From an uncultured SAR86 cluster bacterium (lineage in GTDB: Bacteria > Pseudomonadota > Gammaproteobacteria > Magnimaribacterales > D2472): 64,000 nucleotides of DNA. The notes under the pieces are model-generated. The model made no database searches. It saw only the letters and a program-made list of their open reading frames with translations, and had not been told where the DNA came from. Location of the stretch: positions 40,995 through 104,994 of the forward strand of contig CABYNW010000004.1 in NCBI GenBank assembly GCA_902520495.1, written 5' to 3'. The position numbers and the translations under genes are program-made. Positions 48,082 through 58,038 of the stretch are shown piece after piece (the first letter of the stretch is position 1; every line of letters begins with the position of its first letter).

Positions 48082-49334
48082 TACATTCGCTTTATCATTT
48101 CATCGCCGAAGGTAGATGAAGAAACTTTATCGGCATCCTCCATCATTCTAGCAAAATCATATGTAACTTTTTTAGCACTAATGGTTCGATCCATCGATTT
48201 TATTAAAATATCTGCTGCCTCTGTCCAACCCATATGCCTTAACATCATCTCAGCTGATAATATCAAACTACCTGGATTTACTTGATTTTTTCCTGCATAT
48301 TTTGGTGCTGTTCCATGAGTAGCTTCAAAGACTGCATAATCATCAGAAATATTAGCGCCAGGAGCAATACCAATACCCCCAACCATCGCAGCTAATGCAT
48401 CTGAAATATAATCACCATTCAAGTTCATAGTAGCAATAACGTCATAATCTGTTGGTCTTAAAACAATTTGTTGAAGAAATGCATCACATATAACATCCTT
48501 AATGACAATTTTTTTCCCTGTATTAGGATTGGTAATTTCTTGCCATGGTCCCTCATCAATCTCTATTCCGCCATAATTTTCTTTAGAAAGCTCATAACCC
48601 CAATCTCTAAATGCTCCTTCGGTAAATTTCATAATATTACCCTTATGAACTAATGTTACTGATGTTCTATTATTATCTATTGCATAGTCTATTGCTTTTT
48701 TTACTAATCTTTTTGTTCCAGATTCAGATATTGGTTTAATACCTATGCCAACGTTATCTTCAAATCTTACTTTGGTAACGCCGAAATCTTTTTTAAGAAT
48801 TTGAAGCAGATTTTTTGATTCTTCGCTATTAGCTTCAAATTCAACACCACAATAAATATCTTCAGAGTTTTCTCTAAAAATAACCATATCAACATCTTGA
48901 GGTCTTTTTACGGGAGATGGAACGCCATCAAAGTATCTAATTGGTCTTAAACATACGTAAAGATCTAATATTTGTCTTAATGAAACATTCAAGGACCTTA
49001 TACCACCTCCAACTGGAGTAGTCAGAGGCCCCTTTATGCTGACCACATATTCTTTAAGAGCTTCAATTGTTTCATCAGGTAACCATGTATTTTTATCATA
49101 TATTTTTGTAGCTTTTTCTCCACAAAAGACTTCCATCCATTCTATTTTCTTTTTTCCTGAATAAGCAATCTTTACAGCTTCATTAACAACATTAATCATA
49201 GGGGGTGTAATATCCACACCAATACCATCACCTTCAATAAAAGGAATAATAGGATTATCTGGAACTATTAGCTTTCCGTCTTTATAAGATATTTTTTCAC
49301 CCTTTTTTGGAATTTTAATTTTTTTATAACTCAT
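48081..49334 (-). CDS. icd: NADP-dependent isocitrate dehydrogenase
   Basis: 417 aa. Long collinear identity blocks with E. coli Icd ([56 protein letters not shown]). Confidence 0.95.
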   Translation of the reverse strand: MSYKKIKIPKKGEKISYKDGKLIVPDNPIIPFIEGDGIGVDITPPMINVVNEAVKIAYSGKKKIEWMEVFCGEKATKIYDKNTWLPDETIEALKEYVVSIKGPLTTPVGGGIRSLNVSLRQILDLYVCLRPIRYFDGVPSPVKRPQDVDMVIFRENSEDIYCGVEFEANSEESKNLLQILKKDFGVTKVRFEDNVGIGIKPISESGTKRLVKKAIDYAIDNNRTSVTLVHKGNIMKFTEGAFRDWGYELSKENYGGIEIDEGPWQEITNPNTGKKIVIKDVICDAFLQQIVLRPTDYDVIATMNLNGDYISDALAAMVGGIGIAPGANISDDYAVFEATHGTAPKYAGKNQVNPGSLILSAEMMLRHMGWTEAADILIKSMDRTISAKKVTYDFARMMEDADKVSSSTFGDEMIKRM

Positions 49335-49425
49335 TGGGTAATAAAGCCTCTAAAATAGGTTTTTGCAGTTAAAATCGGTGATAATTATACTCCTAAAATA
49401 TTAATAATTGAATTTATTTAAATGT

Positions 49426-50511
49426 ATGGATAACTCTAATAAAAAAGTTGTTGTTGGCATGTCAGGTGGTGTTGATTCATCTGTTAGTGCATATTTACTT
49501 AAAGAACAGGGTTACAACGTCATAGGTTTATTTATGCAAAATTGGCAAAATGAACCAGGCGAAAAATGTACTTCAGAAATTGACTTTTCTGATGCTTCAG
49601 ATGTATGCGATAAATTAAACGTGCCGCTACATAGAGCTAATTTTTCTGATGACTATTGGAATAAAGTATTTGTAGAATTCTTAGAGGAATATAATGCAGG
49701 AAGAACACCTAATCCTGATATTCTTTGTAATAAAGAGATTAAATTTAAATCATTTTTAAATTATGCGCTTTCTATTGGAGCAGATTATATTGCAACTGGA
49801 CATTATGCCTCTCTTAAATCTATTAATAATAAACCTCATTTGTGTAGAGCCAAAGATATAGAAAAAGATCAGACTTATTTTTTGCATGAAGTTAAAGGAG
49901 ATGAATTTAGTAAATGTATATTTCCTCTAGCAAATCTTTCAAAAAATGAAGTTAGAAATATTGCAAAAAAAATTGGATTAAGTGTAGCAACTAAAAAAGA
50001 TTCAGTTGGAATTTGTTTTGTTGGTGAAAAAAATATGAAGGATTTTTTAGGAAGATTTATAAAATTATCAAAGGGACCAATATTAGATGAATATGATCAG
50101 ATTATTGGAGAACATAATGGGTCTGCTCTTTATACAATTGGGCAAAGACAGGGTTTAAAGATAGGTGGTATTAAAGGAAAAAATCAACTCCCATGGTATG
50201 TTTATAAGAAAAATATTTATGAAAATAAAATTTATGTCTGCCAAGGTGTTAACAATAAAAATCTTTATAGTAATGGATTAGAGTGTGAGAATATATCTTG
50301 GATAAATGATATAAAAATAAATAAACAACTAGATTGTTTAATACAGGTTAGACATCAACATACTCCTGTTAAATGTTCTGTGGTCAAAGATAAGAATAGT
50401 TACGTTATAAATTTTCAAAATAATATTAGAGGAGTTGCTCCAGGACAGTCAGCTGTTTTGTATGATAATAAAATATGCCTAGGTGGTGGTGTTATTTCTA
50501 AAGCTTTTTAA
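49426..50511 (+). CDS. mnmA: tRNA 2-thiouridine(34) synthase
   Basis: The track start is TTG 49408. The ATG at 49426 gives MDNSNKKVVVGMSGGVDSSV, matching the MnmA PP-loop N-terminus. 361 aa. Confidence 0.9.
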   Translation: MDNSNKKVVVGMSGGVDSSVSAYLLKEQGYNVIGLFMQNWQNEPGEKCTSEIDFSDASDVCDKLNVPLHRANFSDDYWNKVFVEFLEEYNAGRTPNPDILCNKEIKFKSFLNYALSIGADYIATGHYASLKSINNKPHLCRAKDIEKDQTYFLHEVKGDEFSKCIFPLANLSKNEVRNIAKKIGLSVATKKDSVGICFVGEKNMKDFLGRFIKLSKGPILDEYDQIIGEHNGSALYTIGQRQGLKIGGIKGKNQLPWYVYKKNIYENKIYVCQGVNNKNLYSNGLECENISWINDIKINKQLDCLIQVRHQHTPVKCSVVKDKNSYVINFQNNIRGVAPGQSAVLYDNKICLGGGVISKAF

Positions 50512-50546
50512 TTTAAAAAAATCTATAATATGCGACTGGTAGTTTT

Positions 50547-51893
50547 ATGAAATTTGAACATAACAACATTTCGCCATTAGATAGTAGATATGCAGATAAA
50601 ATTGTAGACACTAGGTTATGTTTTTCTGAATCTCAGTTAATAAGAAAAAGATTTGAAATTGAGATAGATTGGTTGGTATATCTTTGTAGTAAAAAACCGG
50701 ATCAATTTTTAAAAATATCGACGGCAACAACAAAGAAATTAAACCTACTAAAGAACAATTTTTCCGACAAAGACGTTTTAAAAATAAAAAAAATTGAGAA
50801 AAAAACCAATCATGATGTTAAGGCGGTCGAATATTTCATAAAAGATTTATTTTTACAAGATAATACTCTTAAAAAATATATTCACTTAATTCATTTTGGT
50901 CTAACAAGTGAAGATATTAACTCACTTGCATATGCATTAATGATTAAAAAAGGTATAGAAATTCATCTTCAAAAAATTAAATCTCTAAACAAAATACTTA
51001 AAACCTATTCAAACAAATGGAAAAATATTTCATTTCTTGCCAAAACACATGGTCAAGCTGCCTCCCCTTCAACTCTTGGTAAGGAAATTAAAGTTTTCTC
51101 TAAAAGAATAGAATTAACTCAAACTGCATATGAATCAATTAAACCGTTGGCTAAATTTAGTGGAGCAACAGGTAATTATCATACTTTTGTTATTGCCAAT
51201 AGCAGAATAGACTGGCCATTATTTAATAAAAGATTTTTAAAATCTCTTGGGATTGATCAAAACGAATACACAACACAAATAGAACCACATGATTGGGTTG
51301 CAGAAACAGCACAAGTTATGACAAGGATAAACAATATATGCATAGATCTATGTCAAGACATGTGGCTTTATATATCTAATGATATCTTTGCACTTAAAGT
51401 CAACAAAAGTGAGGTTGGTTCATCAACAATGCCTCACAAGGTTAATCCAATAGACTTTGAAAATGCTGAAGGAAATTTTGGTATTTCAAATTCAATAAAT
51501 GATTATTTTGTAAATAAGTTAACGAAATCAAGACTCCAAAGAGACTTATCTGATAGTACGGTTCTAAGAAATATTGGTTTAACTTTTGGTTATTCTCAAC
51601 TAGCATTGCTATCTCTTGAAAAGGGTTTAATGAAACTTCTACCTAATAAATCTATTATTAAAAAAGAGTTGGACAACAATTGGGAAGTTTTAACAGAAGC
51701 AGTGCAAACAGTTATGAGATATGAAGGTATTGATGATGCATATGAACAACTAAAATCATTATCAAGAGGTAAAAAAATTGATCAAAAATCATATATAGAT
51801 TTTGTCCAAAAATTAAATATCACTGATAAATCAAAACAAGAACTAATTAAACTTTCACCAGCTAAGTACATAGGCTTATCAAATAAATTATAA
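50547..51893 (+). CDS. purB: adenylosuccinate lyase
   Basis: 448 aa. Fumarate-lyase superfamily signature GSSTMPHKVNP. PurB-type N-terminus (SPLDSRYA). Confidence 0.9.
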   Translation: MKFEHNNISPLDSRYADKIVDTRLCFSESQLIRKRFEIEIDWLVYLCSKKPDQFLKISTATTKKLNLLKNNFSDKDVLKIKKIEKKTNHDVKAVEYFIKDLFLQDNTLKKYIHLIHFGLTSEDINSLAYALMIKKGIEIHLQKIKSLNKILKTYSNKWKNISFLAKTHGQAASPSTLGKEIKVFSKRIELTQTAYESIKPLAKFSGATGNYHTFVIANSRIDWPLFNKRFLKSLGIDQNEYTTQIEPHDWVAETAQVMTRINNICIDLCQDMWLYISNDIFALKVNKSEVGSSTMPHKVNPIDFENAEGNFGISNSINDYFVNKLTKSRLQRDLSDSTVLRNIGLTFGYSQLALLSLEKGLMKLLPNKSIIKKELDNNWEVLTEAVQTVMRYEGIDDAYEQLKSLSRGKKIDQKSYIDFVQKLNITDKSKQELIKLSPAKYIGLSNKL

Positions 51894-51927
51894 TCTTAAT
51901 TATATGTAGTGTAACTACAAAATATTT

Positions 51928-51948
51928 GCCTTTAATAAGGCCTTTTTT
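51928..51948 (+). terminator. weak terminator-like hairpin after purB
   Basis: GCCTT-TAAT-AAGGC followed by CTTTTTT. The stem is only 5 bp, so this is tentative. Confidence 0.35.
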
Positions 51949-52007
51949 ATTAGATTGACATAATAAAATTATTATTATTAACTTCACTACATAACAGGGG
52001 AGTAATT

Positions 52008-53588
52008 ATGTCAAAACTTAAAAAAATAAATGAATTAACTAATTCAATAGAAAATATAGATTCTTCAAATTGGAGTTCTATAGATCCAAAATACGTTGCA
52101 AGAATGCGTATTCAGAATGAATTTAAAACAGGTTTAGAAATTGCTAAATATACTGCTGATATTATGAGAAAAGATATGGAAGATTATGATAGTGATACTT
52201 CTAAATATACACAATCACTAGGTTGTTGGCATGGCTTTATAGGACAACAGAAACTAATTTCGATAAAAAAACATTTTGGAACAACTAAGAAAAAATACCT
52301 ATATCTCTCTGGATGGATGATAGCTGCATTAAGATCTGAATTTGGCCCCCTGCCCGATCAATCAATGCATGAAAAAACAGCAGTTGCTAGTTTAATTAAT
52401 GAACTATATACATTTTTACGACAGGCAGATGCAAGGGAGCTAGGTGGTCTTTTTAGAGAACTCGACCAGGCAGATGAAAAAGATAAGGAAAATATTAAAA
52501 CAAAAATTGATAATTTTGAAACACATATAGTACCAATAATTGCAGATATTGATGCTGGTTTTGGTAACGAAGAAGCTACATATTTGATGGCTAAACAAAT
52601 GATTGAAGCAGGCGCCTGTGCTATACAGATTGAAAATCAGGTATCTGATGAAAAACAATGCGGTCATCAAGATGGAAAAGTAACAGTACCTCATGCTGAA
52701 TTTTTAGCCAAAATTAATGCTGTTAGATATGCTTTTTTAGAATTAGGCGTAGATAACGGGATCATTGTTGCAAGAACAGATTCTCTTGGTGCTGGCTTAA
52801 CGGCTAGACTTGCAATAACAAATGAGGAAGGTGATTTAGGTGATAAATATAATTCATTCCTTGATGTAGATGAAATTGATGAAAATAATATGAAACATGG
52901 TGATGTTATGATAAATAGAAAAGGAAAGATTGTTAGACCTAAAAGACTTCCTTCTAACTTATACCAGTTTAGAAAAGGAACAGGAGAAGAAAGATGTATA
53001 TTAGATTCCATTACAAGTTTACAAAATGGAGCTGATTTAATTTGGATTGAAACAGAAAAACCTCATATCGGTCAAATTTCTGCAATGATGAGTGAAATAA
53101 AAAAAGTTGTTCCAGATGCAAAGCTTGTGTATAACAATAGTCCATCATTTAATTGGACTTTGAATTTTAGACAACAAGTTTTTGATTCAATGAAAAAATC
53201 TGGTGATGATGTATCAATATATGAGAGAGATGATCTGATGAATGAAAAATATGATGATACTGAATTAGCTATGGTTGCTGATGATAAAATTAGAACTTTT
53301 CAAGCAGATGCTTCTAAAGAAGCTGGAATATTTCATCATTTAATAACATTACCAACCTACCATACTGCCGCCCTTTCAACTGATAATCTTGCTAAAGAAT
53401 ATTTTGGATCAGAAGGAATGCTGGGATATGTTGCGAATGTTCAAAGAAAAGAAATTAGAGAAGGCATCGCATGTGTAAAACATCAAAATATGTCAGGTTC
53501 TGATATGGGTGATGTTCATAAGGAATATTTTGCTGGAGATGCTGCTCTTAAAGCAGCTGGTAAAGATAATACTATGAATCAGTTTTAA
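52008..53588 (+). CDS. aceA: isocitrate lyase (long form)
   Basis: 526 aa. Catalytic loop variant EKQCGHQDGK. The C-terminus ends ...NQF, like E. coli ...SQF. Strong RBS (GGGGAG). Length is like the Pseudomonas-type long ICL. Confidence 0.9.
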   Translation: MSKLKKINELTNSIENIDSSNWSSIDPKYVARMRIQNEFKTGLEIAKYTADIMRKDMEDYDSDTSKYTQSLGCWHGFIGQQKLISIKKHFGTTKKKYLYLSGWMIAALRSEFGPLPDQSMHEKTAVASLINELYTFLRQADARELGGLFRELDQADEKDKENIKTKIDNFETHIVPIIADIDAGFGNEEATYLMAKQMIEAGACAIQIENQVSDEKQCGHQDGKVTVPHAEFLAKINAVRYAFLELGVDNGIIVARTDSLGAGLTARLAITNEEGDLGDKYNSFLDVDEIDENNMKHGDVMINRKGKIVRPKRLPSNLYQFRKGTGEERCILDSITSLQNGADLIWIETEKPHIGQISAMMSEIKKVVPDAKLVYNNSPSFNWTLNFRQQVFDSMKKSGDDVSIYERDDLMNEKYDDTELAMVADDKIRTFQADASKEAGIFHHLITLPTYHTAALSTDNLAKEYFGSEGMLGYVANVQRKEIREGIACVKHQNMSGSDMGDVHKEYFAGDAALKAAGKDNTMNQF

Positions 53589-53761
53589 TTATTGCATGTA
53601 TTTGGATCAGTCCTTCCGCAGATCTTACATTCTGAGCCTTCTTCTAGGTTTGCCATGCCCCCACAAGAACCTTTTAAGGGCTGCGATCTAAAGATTAGTC
53701 CTATCGCAAGGCCTATAAAGGATATAGAAATAATTAAAAAACCTAAGAATAGTTCGTTCAT
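53585..53761 (-). CDS. nqrM: (Na+)-NQR maturation factor NqrM (DUF539), 58 aa
   Basis: Below the track size cut-off and found by manual translation of a ~46% GC 'gap': MNELFLGFLIISISFIGLAIGLIFRSQPLKGSCGGMANLEEGSECKICGRTDPNTCNN. It has one N-terminal TM, the KGSCGG motif and 4 Cys in total, and sits immediately after apbE, as for NqrM. ATGA overlap with the apbE stop. Its 3' end overlaps the aceA stop by 4 nt. Confidence 0.8.
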   Translation of the reverse strand: MNELFLGFLIISISFIGLAIGLIFRSQPLKGSCGGMANLEEGSECKICGRTDPNTCNN

Positions 53762-54744
53762 TTAACTAAATCATACCATTTGTCTGAATATATAATATTA
53801 ATTTTATTATCACTTTGGATAATTAACATTAAAGCAATATCATTATTATTAGCTGTATCCATAGCTAATTCGCTTCCCATTGCATTAAATGCGGTTGAGT
53901 ATGCATCTGCATAGGTTGCTGATGTTTCATGAACAACAGTAACAGATAAAATATTATTTTTTATAGATTCTAATGTATTGGGATTGATTGTATGTGTAAT
54001 TTTTTCACCGTTTCTATTAGATTTATAATTTCTATATTCACCAGATGAAGCAATTGCTAAAAAATTATTGTTATTTTTTATTATTACAGAGGCATCATCT
54101 GATTGTGATAAAGGATTTTGAATTCCTACAGCCCAAGGCTTCTCATTGTTCGAACCACTAACAATAATCTCTCCACCAATATCAATTAAATGATTTAATA
54201 AATTTTCATATATTAAGTATTCATGAACCATTTGAACTGCATATCCTTTAGCAATTGATGATAGATCAAACCAATTAGATGACAATTTTTCTAATGATTT
54301 ATTAGTTTCATCTAACTTAAAGGTATCGTTTTTTTTGTGTATTAAATTTTTACCAAAGGTTGGAGAAAATCCAAGATTTGATGATATTTTTCCTAAAGTA
54401 ATGTTGTAGTATCCTTGAGAAATATTTTCAATATCTTTTGCAATTGAAAGAATATTAAATAGATCCGATGAAACGAAATAATATTTTTTATTGTTATTAT
54501 TTATAATTGATATTTCTGATTCTTCTTTATAATTTGAAGCAATATAATCAATATCAGATATTATCTTTTTAATATTGTCTTTATGGTGGTCGCCTATATA
54601 TTCTGAAGATTTTATAGTCCAAGTTGTACCATATGCCGATCCTTTTATTTCATATATTGAATTATTATTATGATTATAGGCTACATAAATAAGAACAATA
54701 CCGGAAATTAATGCGATTATCTTTGATAAAAGATTTCGATTCAC
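53758..54744 (-). CDS. apbE: FAD:protein FMN transferase
   Basis: 328 aa with an N-terminal anchor. ApbE blocks (DLSSIAKGYAV, GGEI, AIASSGEYRN, HTINPNT). Positioned after nqrF. Confidence 0.85.
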   Translation of the reverse strand: MNRNLLSKIIALISGIVLIYVAYNHNNNSIYEIKGSAYGTTWTIKSSEYIGDHHKDNIKKIISDIDYIASNYKEESEISIINNNNKKYYFVSSDLFNILSIAKDIENISQGYYNITLGKISSNLGFSPTFGKNLIHKKNDTFKLDETNKSLEKLSSNWFDLSSIAKGYAVQMVHEYLIYENLLNHLIDIGGEIIVSGSNNEKPWAVGIQNPLSQSDDASVIIKNNNNFLAIASSGEYRNYKSNRNGEKITHTINPNTLESIKNNILSVTVVHETSATYADAYSTAFNAMGSELAMDTANNNDIALMLIIQSDNKINIIYSDKWYDLVK

Positions 54745-54756
54745 AAGATTTATTAT

Positions 54757-55983
54757 TTATCCGCCAAAGTCATCAAGGGCAATATTTTCTGGTTCTACTC
54801 CTAGGTTTACAAGTAGATCAATTACTGCTTTATTCATCATTGGTGGACCACACATATAGAATTCACAATCCTCAGGTGCTTCATGATGTTTTAAATAATT
54901 CTGGTAAAGCACATTATGTATAAATCCTGTATCTCCATCCCAATCATCTTCAGGCAATGGATCAGATAACGCTACATGCCATTCAAAATTATCATACTTT
55001 TTTGCTAATTCATTAAATTCATCAACATAAAACATTTCTTTAAGACTTCTTGCTCCGTACCAAAAAGTGATCTTACGATTAGTATTAATTCTTAATAATT
55101 GATCAAAAATATGAGATCTCATAGGTGCCATACCTGCACCGCCGCCAACAAACACCATTTCAGCATCTGTTTCTTTTGCAAAAAATTCACCAAATGGTCC
55201 AAATACTTTAACTTTATCTCCTGGTTTTAAACCAAAAGTCCAAGACGACATAAGTCCAGGTGGTACATCTTGACCTGGAGGTGGTGAAGCAATTCTAATA
55301 TTAAACTTAATTATCCCCCGCTCTTCTGGATAATTCGCCATAGAGTATGCTCTTATAACCGGTTCTGTTGTAATAGATTTATTGTCCCAGATCTTAAATC
55401 TATCCCAATCTTCATGATATTCTTTATCAATATCAAATTGTTTGTAGTCAATTTCATATGAAGGGGCTTCAAGTTGAACATATCCTCCAGCTCTGAAATC
55501 AACATTTTCTCCCTCTGGGAGCTTTAAAATTAGTTCCTTGATAAAAGTTGCTACGTTTTCGTTTGAGATAACCTCACACTCCCATTCTTTAACTCCAAAC
55601 ACATCATCAGGCACATTAATTTTTAAATCATTTTTTACAGGAACCTGACACGAAAGTCTCCATCCATCTTTTTGTTCAGTTGAATTGAAATGTGATTCTT
55701 CAGCAGCTAATATTGAGCCACCACCCTCTATTACCTGACATTTACATTGGCTGCATGTTCCACCACCGCCACATGCAGAAGCAAGAAAAATATTATTATC
55801 TGCAAGAGTTTGCAATAACTTTGATCCGGCTGGAACAGTAATAGGGTTTGATGAATCTCCGTTTATCTCAATTGAAACATTTCCAGTAGATACTAATTTT
55901 GATCTAGCTAAAATTATTACCAAAACTAGTAATAGAATAATTCCACTAAATGACATTACGCCCAAGATTAAATCAATATTCAT
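54757..55983 (-). CDS. nqrF: Na+-translocating NADH:quinone reductase subunit F
   Basis: The track start (56019) lies inside nqrE. ATG 55983 gives [19 protein letters not shown] (TM anchor). 2Fe-2S ferredoxin Cys cluster ([13 protein letters not shown]), FAD/NADH domain ([20 protein letters not shown]). Confidence 0.95.
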   Translation of the reverse strand: MNIDLILGVMSFSGIILLLVLVIILARSKLVSTGNVSIEINGDSSNPITVPAGSKLLQTLADNNIFLASACGGGGTCSQCKCQVIEGGGSILAAEESHFNSTEQKDGWRLSCQVPVKNDLKINVPDDVFGVKEWECEVISNENVATFIKELILKLPEGENVDFRAGGYVQLEAPSYEIDYKQFDIDKEYHEDWDRFKIWDNKSITTEPVIRAYSMANYPEERGIIKFNIRIASPPPGQDVPPGLMSSWTFGLKPGDKVKVFGPFGEFFAKETDAEMVFVGGGAGMAPMRSHIFDQLLRINTNRKITFWYGARSLKEMFYVDEFNELAKKYDNFEWHVALSDPLPEDDWDGDTGFIHNVLYQNYLKHHEAPEDCEFYMCGPPMMNKAVIDLLVNLGVEPENIALDDFGG

Positions 55984-55984
55984 A

Positions 55985-56596
55985 CTAAAGTGAGATTCCT
56001 CCAAAGGACATAAAACCAAAACTCATAAGCCCAACTATAATAAATGTCATTCCTAAACCTTTTAAACCTTCAGGTATATCGGAATACTTTAATTTTTCTC
56101 TAATACCTGCTAATACAACTATGGCAAAAGCCCATCCAAAACCAGCACCAAAACCATAAACAATACTTTCAACGAACAAAAGATCTTTTTCAACCATAAA
56201 TAACGAAGCTCCTAAAATTGCGCAATTAACAGTAATTAAAGGTAAAAATTGGCCTAATGCGTTATATAAGGCTGGCACATATTTGTCTAGAAACATCTCA
56301 AGTATTTGAACACTTGCAGCAATTACACCTATATAGCTAATAAGTTCAACAAACTCTAAGTTAGTACCTTCAATTCCAAGCCAAATCAATGCATCTTCTC
56401 TTAATATATAGTTATAAATTAAATTATTTAAAGGCACAGTTATTAAACAAACAACAATAACTGCTATACCCAAACCAAAGGCTGCGTCAATCTTTTTTGA
56501 TATTGCTATAAATGTACACATCCCAAGAAATAATGACAGAGCAATATTTTCAATAAAAACAGTTGTAATAAAGATATTTAGATAATGTTCAAACAT
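55985..56596 (-). CDS. nqrE: Na+-translocating NADH:quinone reductase subunit E
   Basis: 203 aa, polytopic Rnf/Nqr E-type sequence ([16 protein letters not shown] ... [10 protein letters not shown]). Confidence 0.95.
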   Translation of the reverse strand: MFEHYLNIFITTVFIENIALSLFLGMCTFIAISKKIDAAFGLGIAVIVVCLITVPLNNLIYNYILREDALIWLGIEGTNLEFVELISYIGVIAASVQILEMFLDKYVPALYNALGQFLPLITVNCAILGASLFMVEKDLLFVESIVYGFGAGFGWAFAIVVLAGIREKLKYSDIPEGLKGLGMTFIIVGLMSFGFMSFGGISL

Positions 56597-57275
56597 TTAA
56601 TTCTCGTTTAGATAAATTGGGTGATGTAGAATGATCAGATAGTTTAAAATCATCAACCTCAATTTGATTAGGTCGTATAGATCTTATAAACCATATAAAT
56701 AAACCAATAATTATGAATGAGCTAGGCGGTAACAACAAAAGATTGTTACCCATATACCATCCTCCATTAGAGACTAGTGGGAGAATCTCATAACCAAATA
56801 ATGTTCCTGCACCAAATAGCTCTCTGATAGTTGCTACACCTATTAAAATTAAACTATAACCTAAGCCATTTCCAAGACCATCTAAAAAACTCAATAATGG
56901 TTTTTCTTTCATAGCAAATGCTTCAGCGCGACCCATTACAATACAATTTGTAATAATTAAACCTACAAAAACTGATAGCTTTTTACTGGTTTCATAGTCA
57001 TATGCTTTTAATAATTCATCCACAACAATTACTAGTGAAGCAATAATGGTCATCTGAACAATAATTCTTATACTTGAAGGGATGTAATTTCTTATTAATG
57101 AAATAAAAAGATTAGAAAATGATATAACACTTATTACAGCAACACACATTACAAGTGTTACAGATAAATTATTTGTTACTGCCAGCGCTGAACATATACC
57201 TAATATTTGCAATGTAATAGGATTTTCATCAACAAGTGGTTTAATTATTACTTCTTTATAAGATTTAAGATTCAT
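56589..57275 (-). CDS. nqrD: Na+-translocating NADH:quinone reductase subunit D
   Basis: 228 aa. Near-collinear with Vibrio NqrD as recalled ([52 protein letters not shown]). Confidence 0.9.
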   Translation of the reverse strand: MNLKSYKEVIIKPLVDENPITLQILGICSALAVTNNLSVTLVMCVAVISVISFSNLFISLIRNYIPSSIRIIVQMTIIASLVIVVDELLKAYDYETSKKLSVFVGLIITNCIVMGRAEAFAMKEKPLLSFLDGLGNGLGYSLILIGVATIRELFGAGTLFGYEILPLVSNGGWYMGNNLLLLPPSSFIIIGLFIWFIRSIRPNQIEVDDFKLSDHSTSPNLSKRELNV

Positions 57276-58038
57276 AATTTAACTCTTTGAGTAATAATGA
57301 GTAGCCTGAGCTACCAAACCAATATTCAACCATATTTGAAACTCCTCTACTAGTAATGGTTGCACCAGAGAGTCCATCAATTTTATATGAACCTTGTAAA
57401 TCATCTGTTTCGACCTTGCCTTTGATTACCTTTAATGCTACTTCATTATTTTTATATATTTTTTTACCTTTCCAGGAAGATTTCCATTTTGGATTGTCTA
57501 CCTCAGCCCCAAGACCAGGAGTTTCTTTATGATCATAGAATTCAATACCGGAAACGGTATTAAAGTCATCCTCTATTGATATGTAACCATATAAGGTTCC
57601 CCATAATCCATAACCCCTAATAGGTAAAATCACTTTATCAATATTTTTTAATTCATCTCTTAGTATGTATATTTTTCCAATATTTTCTCTATTCTTAATA
57701 ATTGCTATATCTTCAGAAGTTGGTACTTTAGTAGCCATAGTTGGGTTTTTAGTAACTAAAACTTGATCATATTCTTCAATATCAAGATTCATATACTCAT
57801 CTAAAATAATACCGGTATTAAAATCTACAAACTTAGACTCTAATGATCCAAATTGTTCTGCAATAGATAAATTTGGATTATAAATATCTGCTACCTTAAG
57901 AATTTTAATTCTTCTATCATTTAGTTTATTTTCTTTTTGCTGATCTCTTAAGCTCACTGCCGCAGTTGAAACAACTAATGAGCAAATCAAACAAACAGCA
58001 AATGCGACACTAATCGTTTTAATTATTGATTCATTCAT
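57265..58038 (-). CDS. nqrC: Na+-translocating NADH:quinone reductase subunit C
   Basis: The track start (58089) lies inside nqrB. ATG 58038 gives [28 protein letters not shown], typical of NqrC. FMN-attachment region [13 protein letters not shown]. Confidence 0.9.
   Translation of the reverse strand: MNESIIKTISVAFAVCLICSLVVSTAAVSLRDQQKENKLNDRRIKILKVADIYNPNLSIAEQFGSLESKFVDFNTGIILDEYMNLDIEEYDQVLVTKNPTMATKVPTSEDIAIIKNRENIGKIYILRDELKNIDKVILPIRGYGLWGTLYGYISIEDDFNTVSGIEFYDHKETPGLGAEVDNPKWKSSWKGKKIYKNNEVALKVIKGKVETDDLQGSYKIDGLSGATITSRGVSNMVEYWFGSSGYSLLLKELNYES

Noticed and set aside
53600-53720. A GC-rich (~46%) convergent spacer, considered as an ncRNA. I looked for SRP-RNA-like GGAA loop context, CsrB/RsmZ-like GGA motifs and a terminator pair. 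I also looked at a 32-aa plus-strand ORF (MYLDQSFRRS...).
   Set aside because: I could not build any convincing conserved RNA structure or hairpin plus T-run. The minus strand encodes a textbook NqrM, which fully explains the composition.
54711-54923. 70-aa plus-strand ORF spanning the apbE/nqrF junction.
   Set aside because: It crosses two confidently called minus-strand genes and has no independent support.
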